A DNA stretch of 64,000 bases from Deltaproteobacteria bacterium (GTDB lineage: Bacteria > Myxococcota_A > UBA9160 > UBA6930). Where the stretch lies: NCBI GenBank assembly GCA_029261815.1, contig JAJDAQ010000069.1:12340-76339 (forward strand), given 5' to 3'. Positions 19,086 through 28,114 of the stretch are shown one piece after another. Numbering within the stretch: position 1 is the first letter of the stretch; the number at the start of each line of letters is the position of its first letter. The translations under genes and the position numbers were made by a program. The notes under the pieces are model-generated. The model ran no database searches, had not been told where the DNA came from, and saw only the letters and a list, made by a program, of their open reading frames with translations.

Positions 19086-20672
19086 CTAGCGTGCGACGAG
19101 ACTGTCGGGGGGAGGCCGCTCACGCTCCGACGCGGCACTTCGAATCAAGGCCAACAGCGCACCATGCACGATCCCGGCAGTGTCCGGCCCCGTCGAGACG
19201 ATCTCGCCGTAGCTTTCCTCCTCGCTGCCGTAGATCCACGGCGCTTCATCGTCCCACTCGCTCTTCGGAATGATGTAGCCGAGCGTGTCGTTTGCCAGAT
19301 TCACCATCATGTTGACGCGACCTCGCATCTCGGGCCGGAGCGGCGGGATCTCGACCGGGGCGGAGTCGAAGTCGCCACCCGGCGCCCGTTCGATCCCGCC
19401 AACAGCGAGTTCGGGATAGAGCTCGCCGGGAACGCACGCGATCCAGAGCGCTCCGATCTCGAGCAGCGCGGCTTCACTCTCGGTTTCGAAGCCCCACGAA
19501 AACGACCAGTCCCGGTCAAGGACGCCGAGCGCGGACGCCAACACGAGTGGCAGATTGTCGATCGGAACCACGAGATCGCGACGATGCACCCGAATTCCGC
19601 CGGATGTCGCGTCGCGCATCTCTCCGCTGGCAGCCGCGTCGAGGACGGCTTCGGCAATCGCATAACCCTGAGCACGGGCCTTCTCGAACGAGGGCGCGGC
19701 GTACACGGCGGAATCCCGCACATCCTGCACCGGCGTCTCCGGCAATGTCGTGATCAATCCGCCGATGTTGCCGGTGAGCCAGACCGTGGTCCCTCCGAGC
19801 CCCTGTCGGAACAGATCGCCGTCGTAGTCGAGTCCGTCGGAGACGCCTCTCCGGGCATAACCGGCGACATCGGCCGTCAAAGCGACGTTGCGGTCCCAGA
19901 GCAACTCCACGTGGTTTCCGAAATTGACGAGACTCCCGAGCACTCGTCCATCGCCCCCACGGACCACTGCCACGCGGAGTCCGTCGTCGATCACCCTGGG
20001 CGGGCGGGTGTCCACGGTCCCGAAGCGGCGGTCCTTTCCCTGGATGTCGGCCACTTCAATCCGCGCCGGCTCCAGTGCGCCCACCGCGACACCGAGTGCG
20101 GCGACCATCTGTTCGCGCAGGGTAATGATGTAGTCCGGGTCGACCCCGCTCCGGAAGCGCGAGCGACCCCACAGCCCCTGCGTATCCGGGCCCTCGTGGT
20201 TGTGGGTTGCATGCACCAGCACGTAGTCGAGACCGAGCGGTCCCATCGCGGCCGCTCGCACCGCGTCTGCGAACTCGTGCGAAAGCCCGACCACGTCCGC
20301 TGTCACGATCCCCACGCGCTGCTGGCCGTCATCAAACACGGCTGCGACCGCCAGCAACGGATCGTGGACCGAGCCCGCGACGCGGCCCTGGTGAAAGCCC
20401 GCCATGTAGACGGCGTCGAACCGCCCGTTCCCATTCCCGTCGGTCCAGGTGTCGATGTCGGGATCGAAGACCGCATCCCCGTCCACATCTACCCACCGAT
20501 CCGGGACCGAAGGCGTGATCTCCACCTCTGCAAAGCCGGCCCGAAACGATTCTTCCGCCGATGCAGCCATCGGGCCCAGCCCGATGGCCCCCAAGAGAAT
20601 CGCGAGCAGTGCCGCGCCACCCGATGAGCGGGCCCGACCAGCGCTACGCGATTGACCCGTCACTGGACGCAA
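19086..20672 (-). CDS. neutral/alkaline ceramidase-like hydrolase (secreted)
   Basis: Signal peptide AALLAILLGAIGLGPMAASA. Family-type N-terminal strand AGFAEVEITP and metal motif HATHNHEGPD. Confidence 0.7.
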   Translation of the reverse strand: MRPVTGQSRSAGRARSSGGAALLAILLGAIGLGPMAASAEESFRAGFAEVEITPSVPDRWVDVDGDAVFDPDIDTWTDGNGNGRFDAVYMAGFHQGRVAGSVHDPLLAVAAVFDDGQQRVGIVTADVVGLSHEFADAVRAAAMGPLGLDYVLVHATHNHEGPDTQGLWGRSRFRSGVDPDYIITLREQMVAALGVAVGALEPARIEVADIQGKDRRFGTVDTRPPRVIDDGLRVAVVRGGDGRVLGSLVNFGNHVELLWDRNVALTADVAGYARRGVSDGLDYDGDLFRQGLGGTTVWLTGNIGGLITTLPETPVQDVRDSAVYAAPSFEKARAQGYAIAEAVLDAAASGEMRDATSGGIRVHRRDLVVPIDNLPLVLASALGVLDRDWSFSWGFETESEAALLEIGALWIACVPGELYPELAVGGIERAPGGDFDSAPVEIPPLRPEMRGRVNMMVNLANDTLGYIIPKSEWDDEAPWIYGSEEESYGEIVSTGPDTAGIVHGALLALIRSAASERERPPPDSLVAR

Positions 20673-21448
20673 TCTGCGGCCCCACCATCGATCCGCAGGT
20701 TCGCGCCGTTCACATAACGTGCGCGATCACTGCAAAGGAAAGCCACGAGGTTCCCGACATCCTCGGGCGTCCCCACAATTCCGGCCGGATTCGGCATGAA
20801 ATCACGCGCGACGGAGCGCTCAACGGATGCCCAGTCCGAGGGCTCACCGTGTTTCTCCGCTCGACGCGTAAAGCGTTCTCGAATCTCGTCCGTCGCCACG
20901 ATTCCGGGACTCACGCAGTTCACCGTAATCCCCGTGTGGGCGAGTTCCTTGGCCAGCGACACGGTCATGTTCACGAGCGCTGACTTCGACGCGTAGTAGT
21001 GGGGCATGCGCGAGTTCGGGCGGGCGTAGCCCACGGTACTCACGAGCAGGATCCGGCCCCAACCCCGCGCCTTCATCCCCGGCGAAAAGGCTTGCACCAG
21101 GCGCACCCCGGACAGGACGTTCTTCTGGTAGATGTCGATCCAGTCATCGGTCCCGCTCTCCCAGCTCCCGCCCTCGGCCACACCGTAGTTGTTCACCAGG
21201 ATGTCGAGATCCCCGACGGTCGCGGCAACTTCGGCGGCGCCAGCGTCGGTTCGGATGTCGCCGACGACCGGGCGCGCATCGCCGCCAGTCTCGCGAATGG
21301 CTTCGGCGGCTCGTTCCGTCGCTTCGGCCTCGAATCCGTGGACCCAGACACGGGCGCCTTCCCCGGCGAGCACCGCGGCCGCACCCGCACCGGTCCCCCG
21401 GTAGCTGCCAGTGACCAGCGCCGATCGCCCTGAGAGTTCGAGATCCAT
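20660..21448 (-). CDS. SDR family oxidoreductase
   Basis: Start ATG 21448 with GGAGG 8 nt upstream. TGSYRGTGAG (Rossmann), NNYG, and YYASK catalytic YxxxK. Confidence 0.9.
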   Translation of the reverse strand: MDLELSGRSALVTGSYRGTGAGAAAVLAGEGARVWVHGFEAEATERAAEAIRETGGDARPVVGDIRTDAGAAEVAATVGDLDILVNNYGVAEGGSWESGTDDWIDIYQKNVLSGVRLVQAFSPGMKARGWGRILLVSTVGYARPNSRMPHYYASKSALVNMTVSLAKELAHTGITVNCVSPGIVATDEIRERFTRRAEKHGEPSDWASVERSVARDFMPNPAGIVGTPEDVGNLVAFLCSDRARYVNGANLRIDGGAADCVQ

Positions 21449-21624
21449 TTCAGCGGTCCTCCAGTACATGCGAGGTTACCGGCCTCCAACCTCGAACCCA
21501 CCATGGATCGATCTCGGCGCCCGGATGGGCCCGCAGCCACCGGCTCTGGACCGCAAAGGCTCGGCTCCACGAAGTCTGTTTCGTGCGCGTCGTCCACCGG
21601 ACGGCCAGCGCGAAACAGGAGTGA

Positions 21625-22017
21625 CTAACTTTCCGCTGCAGCCCGTTCCTTCTCGACTTCGGCGATCACGCTTTCCACCTCGCCAACCAGGCCCGCCACC
21701 CTCGGGTAGCCCGCGTACTGGGCCATGTGGATCAAGATCTCGCGAGCCTGCTCCGCGTCGAGTTCGCCGTTCTTCATCGCCGCCTTGAGTTGGATACGGA
21801 ACGTCATGCCCTCGCCCAGGGCGATGATCGCACCGAGCATGAGCAAACGACGGTCCCGCACGGGCAAGATGTCGGTCCGTGTCCAGACTTCGGCGAAGAG
21901 CTGTTCGAGCATGATGTCGGAGAACGCCATCGCGCCTCGTGGCGCCGTCACCACGTCCCCGGCGTACACCTCTTTGAGCATCTCCTGTCCACGCTCCCAG
22001 CGATCCTTATCGGCCAT
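21625..22017 (-). CDS. carboxymuconolactone decarboxylase (CMD) family protein
   Basis: 130 aa. LLMLGAIIALG ... ILIHMAQYAGYP is typical of the PcaC-like gamma-CMD fold. No CxxC motif. Confidence 0.8.
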   Translation of the reverse strand: MADKDRWERGQEMLKEVYAGDVVTAPRGAMAFSDIMLEQLFAEVWTRTDILPVRDRRLLMLGAIIALGEGMTFRIQLKAAMKNGELDAEQAREILIHMAQYAGYPRVAGLVGEVESVIAEVEKERAAAES

Positions 22018-22128
22018 CTGAAGGCTCCTCCTATTGGAACTCCGGAGAATACACCGCCGCCCTGCCGCTCCAACTCCAGAGGTCTATGTTAGTTCCTGGC
22101 ACAACGCACCTCTGCAGCGCCGCCCAGG

Positions 22129-23133
22129 GTGTGCGATGCTGCTCTCATGACCGAGGCGCCTGATCCTTCCCCGTCTGCTGGAGAGCGCACCCGGGCGCTG
22201 ATTCGTACCGTGGCGCCGTGGCTCCTCGCGGCCGGCCTCATCGTATGGATCTCGGGGCGTGTTTCGTGGTCTGCCGCCTGGGATGCGGCCCAGGAGGCGG
22301 CGCTCGTCCCCTTCGCCATCGCCATGTGTGTTGCCGGCGTCTACTGGTTCCTGCTCGACTCCCTGGGCTACTCGATGTTGTTTACGCGGTTCAATGCCCC
22401 CGTCTCCTGGGCCGAAGCCCGGTCCGTTCGCGCGTTGACCTACCTCGTCACCCCCATCAACTGGAACCTCGGCACCGCGGCCGTGGTCCTCCACCTTCGC
22501 CAGTCCAAGGGCATCCCGGCGGCCCAGAGCACGGGGTCGATGATGCTCTACGGCATGGTCGACGGGTTGGTCATCGTGTCGTTGCTCGTCGTGGGTCTCG
22601 TCTTCATAACCGGCGACCATGGAATGGGAGACGCACTGCCGGGAGCCATCATCTTCTTCACGGCGCAGTTTGGTTTTCTCGCGCTCGTCGTCACGGACCG
22701 CCCGAAGTGGCGTTGGCTCGAGCGCATTCGCGGTTCGCAGCTCATGCAGTCGTACCGAAGGTCCAACTTCCGCGACCTCGCGCTGCTATTCGGGCTTCGC
22801 ACGGCGTACTTCAGTGGTTTCGTCGGGCTGTTCGCCTTCGGCACGAGCGCATTCGGCGTCGACCTTCCGCTGCCATTCACGGCCATGTCGCTCCCGTTGG
22901 TACTCGGGTCGGCCATGTTCACTCCGGCCGGTGTCGGCGGACAGCAAGCCGTCATGCTCGCCTTGTACGCGCCCTATGGGAGCGAACCCGCCATTCTGGC
23001 GTTCGCAGTCGCGTATCCGGTGGCGCTGACCGTGGTCCGAATGCTGATTGGCCTGGCCTACCTGGGCGATCTTCGCGCTTTCCGTGACGCACGGCGCGCG
23101 GCGGCCGCCGAGGTCGCCGCCGAGTCGGTCTGA
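22129..23133 (+). CDS. integral membrane protein, lysylphosphatidylglycerol-synthase-TM-region-like (UPF0104/flippase-like)
   Basis: 334 aa with about 8 TM segments. Family assignment is by overall look only. Confidence 0.55.
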   Translation: MCDAALMTEAPDPSPSAGERTRALIRTVAPWLLAAGLIVWISGRVSWSAAWDAAQEAALVPFAIAMCVAGVYWFLLDSLGYSMLFTRFNAPVSWAEARSVRALTYLVTPINWNLGTAAVVLHLRQSKGIPAAQSTGSMMLYGMVDGLVIVSLLVVGLVFITGDHGMGDALPGAIIFFTAQFGFLALVVTDRPKWRWLERIRGSQLMQSYRRSNFRDLALLFGLRTAYFSGFVGLFAFGTSAFGVDLPLPFTAMSLPLVLGSAMFTPAGVGGQQAVMLALYAPYGSEPAILAFAVAYPVALTVVRMLIGLAYLGDLRAFRDARRAAAAEVAAESV

Positions 23134-23169
23134 CACCCACGCAGCAAGCAGGCGCGATACTCTCGGGCG

Positions 23170-23559
23170 ATGCAGGACCGACCGACCGCGGCCGAACTAC
23201 TGGAAGCCATCGCCGAACTCCTGGAGAAACAGGTGCTACCGGCGATCCAGGGGCCGCTCCAACATCAGGTGCGCGTGGCCGGGAACCTCGCGCGTATTCT
23301 GGAACGCGAAGCACGGCTACTCCCGGAGCTCGACGCAAGCGAGGCCTCGCTGCTCCGCGGGGTCCTTGGCGAAGAAGACGACGACCGGGATCTCGCCGAC
23401 CTCTCGCGTGCGCTCGTCCGCAAGCTCGATAGTGAGGACGTGGATGCGGTGCTCGAACGAAAGAGCCACGCCGCGCTCCTCGAGATCGTGCGTGGGAAAC
23501 TCTCCATCGACAAGCCTGGCTACGACACATACGACTTCGCGGAGGAACTCGACGCATGA
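23170..23559 (+). CDS. small helical protein (DUF6285-like) paired with a phosphotransferase
   Basis: The N-terminus MQDRPTAAELLEAIAELLEKQVLP is typical of this family. 4-nt overlap with the next gene. Confidence 0.65.
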   Translation: MQDRPTAAELLEAIAELLEKQVLPAIQGPLQHQVRVAGNLARILEREARLLPELDASEASLLRGVLGEEDDDRDLADLSRALVRKLDSEDVDAVLERKSHAALLEIVRGKLSIDKPGYDTYDFAEELDA

Positions 23560-24566
23560 GTGCCGCCGACGACACCCGCGCGGGGTTGGCGCGATTTCTC
23601 GCCGTCCACTGGGACGAGGACGTGGACGTGTCCGAACTCGGTGTGGCCTCCGCCGGAGCACGGCGACGAAACGTGCTGTTCGAAGCCACTCGAGCCGGCG
23701 GCGAATCGCTGCGGCTCGTGGCCACGATCATTCCCAACGCCGCGATCCAGGTGATGCCGATGGAAGTCGAAGCATCCACCCTCCGCGCTGCCCGCGCCGC
23801 AGGTGCACCAGCGCCCGAACTCGTTGCCGTGAGCGAGGAAGTCGAATACGTCGGCGGCCCGCTCTTCATCACTCGCCGCGTGGACGGCGAGACGATTCCG
23901 AGGCGGGTCTTGCGAACGATCGACGCACACCCCGGCCTCGGATCTCGGGTGGCAACCCAGTGCGGCGAAGCGCTGGCCGAAATCCACCGCGTGGCGGGAG
24001 ATGCGGTGCACCCGGATCTACCGCGGCAACCCGAGCCGATCCGCATGGCGTTGGCAGGTGTCCGGCAGTTGCTCGACGGCCTGCTCCAGCCCTCGCCCAC
24101 ATTCTCGCTGGCGCTCCGCTGGCTCGAGAAACACAGGCCTCCTGAGCCCGACCGGCTGACGCTCGTCCACGGCGACTTCCGCAACGGCAACCTGATCATC
24201 GGAGAGGATGGCCTCCGCGCCGTCCTGGACTGGGAAGTCGCCCATTTGGGTGACCCGATGGAGGATGCCGGGTGGTTGTGCCAGCGGATGTGGCGCTTCA
24301 GGAACGACGCGCTCGAAGTCGGCGGACTCGGGAGTCGTGCCGACCTTCGCAAGGGCTACGAAGCTGCAGGCGGTACGTTCGACGACGCGCGCTTCCGCTG
24401 GTGGAAGATCATGAGCACGCTCAAGTGGGGGGCCGGACTCGCCGGCCAGGCTGCCGCGCACCTCGACGGGACCGTGCGGTCCGTCGTCATGGCCGCCAGC
24501 GGGCGCCGCATCGCCGAGATGGAATACGACCTGCTGATGCTACTCAGCCCCGCCTACCGGGATTAG
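23556..24566 (+). CDS. phosphotransferase family protein (APH/choline-kinase fold)
   Basis: Catalytic loop LVHGDFRNGNLII and DWEVAHLGDP motif. Confidence 0.88.
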   Translation: MSAADDTRAGLARFLAVHWDEDVDVSELGVASAGARRRNVLFEATRAGGESLRLVATIIPNAAIQVMPMEVEASTLRAARAAGAPAPELVAVSEEVEYVGGPLFITRRVDGETIPRRVLRTIDAHPGLGSRVATQCGEALAEIHRVAGDAVHPDLPRQPEPIRMALAGVRQLLDGLLQPSPTFSLALRWLEKHRPPEPDRLTLVHGDFRNGNLIIGEDGLRAVLDWEVAHLGDPMEDAGWLCQRMWRFRNDALEVGGLGSRADLRKGYEAAGGTFDDARFRWWKIMSTLKWGAGLAGQAAAHLDGTVRSVVMAASGRRIAEMEYDLLMLLSPAYRD

Positions 24567-24614
24567 TGCCAGCAAACAGCGCTGGCGAACTACCATGGCG
24601 ACTAACGCCAGCGC

Positions 24615-25985
24615 CTAACGATCAGCTTCAGGCTGCTCGTCTTCTGCGGGATCGGTTTCGACCGAGATATCCACCCGACGGCGCTGTTCCGCTCGGAAGG
24701 CCTCGATCTCGAGCTTTCGCTGTTCGATCTGGAGGCGCCGGTTCTGCCGTCGGATTCGCTCGAGTTCGGCCACCTGGGTGCGGTCGCCGAGTTCCTTGTG
24801 CTCGAATTCGAAGTCGAACTCTGCATCCCCACGCCGTCCGTCACTCGCGAGCGCAGTGACGCGCACCCGGTTCCGCCCCTCGCGGACGGGCACATAGCCG
24901 GTGAAGCTTCCGTCCGGGTTCAGCTTGACGTCGGTCGACAGGTCACCCGTTGTCAGGTTCGTAAAGATCACGTCCTCCACGTCGGCGAACGTCACACCGC
25001 CGAGCAGGGCCACGATTTCCCCGGGGCGCTGGACCGGCGTGTAGGTGCCTCGCCCGACGCGAGCCATCTCTGTCAGCGCGCGCGGAAAGCGCATGGCGAT
25101 CGATCCGAGTGCGTAGGTGTTGATCACGATGCCGGACCGGCTCGCGAGCTCGGCCGCGCGGATCGCCGCGTCGACATCTCCAGGATCCTGCTCGTTGCCC
25201 TTGCCGGTCGGGAACGTCGGGAGTCCGTCCGACAGGAACAGCATCACCTTCTCGCGATCCGGCGCCGCGCCACTGCGAGCGCCCGAGAGCGCGTTCAACT
25301 CGACCAGCGCCAGTCGAATGCCGGCCGCGTAGTTCGTGGCCCCGTTCGGACCCCGTGCGAGCATCGCGCGCAGGGTTTGTTCGACCGCGGCGTAATCATC
25401 GGTCAATGGAGTCTCGACGCGCGCGTCTTCCTGGGTGATGGACCGGCGCTCTCCCGTCACCGGGTTGACTTCGCCCGAGAATGAAACGATGCCGACCCGT
25501 ACGCGGCGCGGGTCGAGGTCGGCCAGCAGCGCACGCGCCGCCTGCGCTTGAGCGTGCAGGATGGTGTCCTGCGGGTCCGTACTTCGAACGTCCCGCGGCA
25601 CGACGCCGGGCGGCAGCTTCATCGCCGTGGCGGTGTGCGGATCGACGCCGACCAGGCCGTCGCCGTCGACATCCGATCCGCTGGCGGCGCGCGTTGAATG
25701 CGACACGTCGATCACCAGCATGACGTCGTAGAGGCGAGCGCCCGCACCGTGAGCGAGCGCGTTTCCGGTAATGCGCGCGTGGTGCAGGTTGTTCGCGACC
25801 TTGGCGCCGACGCCGGGCGACGTCACCTGTACGCCCACAGCGTCCGCTTCGACCTCGGCCAGGACCGAGACCGGGCAGACCAGCCCCACGAAGCAAACCG
25901 CGGCCCTCGCGCATGCGAGAGCCGCGGCTCGGAGCGACGGCAAGCTAGTAGGCCGTACCGGAGCCACGCTGCTGCAGGCTCTCAT
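24615..25985 (-). CDS. secreted von Willebrand factor A domain protein with C-terminal coiled coil
   Basis: MIDAS motif VIDVSHSTRAASGSD, followed by LFLSDGLPT. Signal peptide. Start uncertain: ATG 25985 overlaps the OmpA gene by 41 nt, and TTG 25943 would remove the overlap. Confidence 0.8.
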   Translation of the reverse strand: MRACSSVAPVRPTSLPSLRAAALACARAAVCFVGLVCPVSVLAEVEADAVGVQVTSPGVGAKVANNLHHARITGNALAHGAGARLYDVMLVIDVSHSTRAASGSDVDGDGLVGVDPHTATAMKLPPGVVPRDVRSTDPQDTILHAQAQAARALLADLDPRRVRVGIVSFSGEVNPVTGERRSITQEDARVETPLTDDYAAVEQTLRAMLARGPNGATNYAAGIRLALVELNALSGARSGAAPDREKVMLFLSDGLPTFPTGKGNEQDPGDVDAAIRAAELASRSGIVINTYALGSIAMRFPRALTEMARVGRGTYTPVQRPGEIVALLGGVTFADVEDVIFTNLTTGDLSTDVKLNPDGSFTGYVPVREGRNRVRVTALASDGRRGDAEFDFEFEHKELGDRTQVAELERIRRQNRRLQIEQRKLEIEAFRAEQRRRVDISVETDPAEDEQPEADR

Positions 25986-26652
25986 TGGCCTTGATCTCGA
26001 TTTCGACCCGGCGGTTGCGAGAACGACCATCCGGTGTCGCGTTCGTGTCGATCGGCTGCTGCTCACCAAGGCCGATGGCGGTCACGCGGTAATCTTCCAC
26101 TCCGCGCGCGAGCAGGAAGTTCTTCACGTTCTGCGCGCGATCCTGGGAAAGGCGCAGGTTCAGGCTCTCGTCACCCTGGCTGTCGGTGTGACCCTTCACC
26201 ACGACGCGCGACTCGGGATAGCGAACGAGCGTGTCACCGAGGCTATTCACCTTGCTGATCGCACCCGGCGAGAGTGAACTCGAGCCCGAAGCAAAGAGCA
26301 GGTCGCCGGGCAGCCCGACGATCAGCGTGTCACCGCGGCCTTCCAGGTTCGCGTCCGGGATTGCGTCCTGGATCTCGCTGGCCTGCTTCTCGAGGTAGTT
26401 GCCGATGGCACCCCCTGCGAGGCCGCCCACGACGGCACCGATCAAAGCGCCACGGCCACGCTTGTTGCTGTCGACTGCAGCACCGGCGGCGGCACCGACG
26501 ACGGTGCCGATAACGGCATCTCGGGTCGTGCGGTCCTGCATGGCGGTTTGGGCCGTCTGACAGGCGGACAGGCCCAGCATGGCCACGAGGCCGAGACCGA
26601 GGCCGAGGCCACGCATCCACCGCTGGGTGGAATCAGAATTCGGGGCATCCAT
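25945..26652 (-). CDS. OmpA-family lipoprotein with glycine-zipper region
   Basis: Start ATG 26652 (AGGAGA upstream). Lipobox LGLSAC. Gly-zipper GTVVGAAAGAAV..GAVVGGLAGGAIG. OmpA_C motif VVVKGHTDSQGDESLNLRLSQDRA ... NRRVEIEI. Confidence 0.9.
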   Translation of the reverse strand: MDAPNSDSTQRWMRGLGLGLGLVAMLGLSACQTAQTAMQDRTTRDAVIGTVVGAAAGAAVDSNKRGRGALIGAVVGGLAGGAIGNYLEKQASEIQDAIPDANLEGRGDTLIVGLPGDLLFASGSSSLSPGAISKVNSLGDTLVRYPESRVVVKGHTDSQGDESLNLRLSQDRAQNVKNFLLARGVEDYRVTAIGLGEQQPIDTNATPDGRSRNRRVEIEIKANESLQQRGSGTAY

Positions 26653-26729
26653 CAGATTTCTCCTTTTCTCCGTTCGGGCCCGAGGCCCGCGGAGGGTGTG
26701 GGGTTCGATGCGGTAGGCCGCAAAGAGAT

Positions 26730-27854
26730 TCAATCCCCTGGATCGGGGGTGGGCGCCGCCTGAACTTCGGCTGCATCTTCGGCGGGTTCGGTGACCACGG
26801 GCACAATTTCGATCTCGGGCGCTTCAGGGCGTTCGTCGGGCGTGGGCAGCGGGGTCACATGCGCATCGACCCTGGAAAGGTGGGCAGTGATGTTGCGCAG
26901 GCCCTCGATGACGACGTTGCCGACCACGCCAAGGCTTTCGGCCGAAACATGATCGAGGTCGTCTTCGGCGGTGCGCCAGTAGGTTCCCGGCGGCTCGTCG
27001 CCGCCAAATCGGATGTCGGCGAGCGCCACGACGCGGCGCCAGCCGGCGTCGAACCAGACGCGGTGGCCCGCGACCGGCTGGTCGAAACCGGCCGTGCTCG
27101 AAAAGGCCGCATCGTGCCCGAGTCGCTCGGCCGCGCGAAAGAATGACTGGCGGAACATCCGGTACGACCACAGATCACGATGAATCTCGAGATCGCTGTC
27201 CGCGACCTGATCCAGGTAGACGAGCAACCTCGGCTCTTCCGTCACATGCGTGAGCAACAACTCCGATCCGATGAACCGACCGCTCTCGATACGTTCGCCG
27301 TCGAGGAAGACGAGCGTCACGTCGTACGGGAGCGGCTCTTGTTGGAGCCGATGCGCAACCTCCAGCAGCAGTGCTGGGCCCGACGCGCCTTCATTCGCGC
27401 CCACGGCCTCGAAGGTCTCCGCCCGCGCAGTATCGAGCGGCGCGGCGAGTACGATGTGTCCGGTGCTGCCGGTTCCCGGTACACGCGCGGACAGGTTTGC
27501 CAGCGAGTAGATCGTTCCCTTCGTGTCATCGAAGGTCGCGTCGTGGGTCTCGACATCCAGGCCAAGCGCCTCGAGCTCGCCCTGGATGTAGCTTCGGGCG
27601 GCCACGATGCCGTCGCTACCGACAGGCCTCGGTCCGATGCCGACCAGCGCCTCCAGATGGCCAAACGCGCGTGTCGCAGAGAAGCCGGTCGACGATTCGA
27701 GGGCCGGAGCAGTGCCCGGAACTCCAGCGATCGGCGCGCCGCCCGCGGACCGCGCGACATCGTCGGCCGGCGCCTGCGTGGCGCATCCCAACATGGCTCC
27801 CGTCAGCACGGCGACGACGACAGCGCTCCATTGCTCGACCAACCGGCTCGACAT
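26730..27854 (-). CDS. M28-peptidase-like lipoprotein (possibly degenerate active site)
   Basis: Start ATG 27854. Lipobox LTGAMLGC. The HIVLAAPLDT and LVFLDGE arrangement resembles M28/glutaminyl-cyclase-like proteins. Confidence 0.5.
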   Translation of the reverse strand: MSSRLVEQWSAVVVAVLTGAMLGCATQAPADDVARSAGGAPIAGVPGTAPALESSTGFSATRAFGHLEALVGIGPRPVGSDGIVAARSYIQGELEALGLDVETHDATFDDTKGTIYSLANLSARVPGTGSTGHIVLAAPLDTARAETFEAVGANEGASGPALLLEVAHRLQQEPLPYDVTLVFLDGERIESGRFIGSELLLTHVTEEPRLLVYLDQVADSDLEIHRDLWSYRMFRQSFFRAAERLGHDAAFSSTAGFDQPVAGHRVWFDAGWRRVVALADIRFGGDEPPGTYWRTAEDDLDHVSAESLGVVGNVVIEGLRNITAHLSRVDAHVTPLPTPDERPEAPEIEIVPVVTEPAEDAAEVQAAPTPDPGD

Positions 27855-28019
27855 CCCGCGTTCCCCCCTGAACCGCCGCGAACATAGCCGCCCCACTCGA
27901 TCGAGGGCAGCGGGCGGCTACCGCGAGCTGCCCAGCGGGGAGCGCGGAGCGGGCATTTGAGGTGACACTTTCCGTCGCTGAGAACCACTCAAATACTGGA
28001 TGCCCCAACCCTGGCGGGG

Positions 28020-28067
28020 CTTCTCAAAGGTGAGAAGGCAGGGTTCGCTTCGGCGAGCCCTGCCTTC
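28020..28067 (+). promoter_or_regulatory. two mutually exclusive hairpins in the comM leader / divergent intergenic region
   Basis: Hairpin 1 is 28020..28037 (CTTCTCA-AAGG-TGAGAAG). Hairpin 2 is 28034..28067, a 15-bp stem (one G-U pair) closed by a TTCG tetraloop. The two share bases 28034..28037. Confidence 0.5.
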
Positions 28068-28114
28068 GTCCTGCGCCCTCCCGATCCTCCCCCAAGGTCC
28101 CCGGAGTCCACGCC

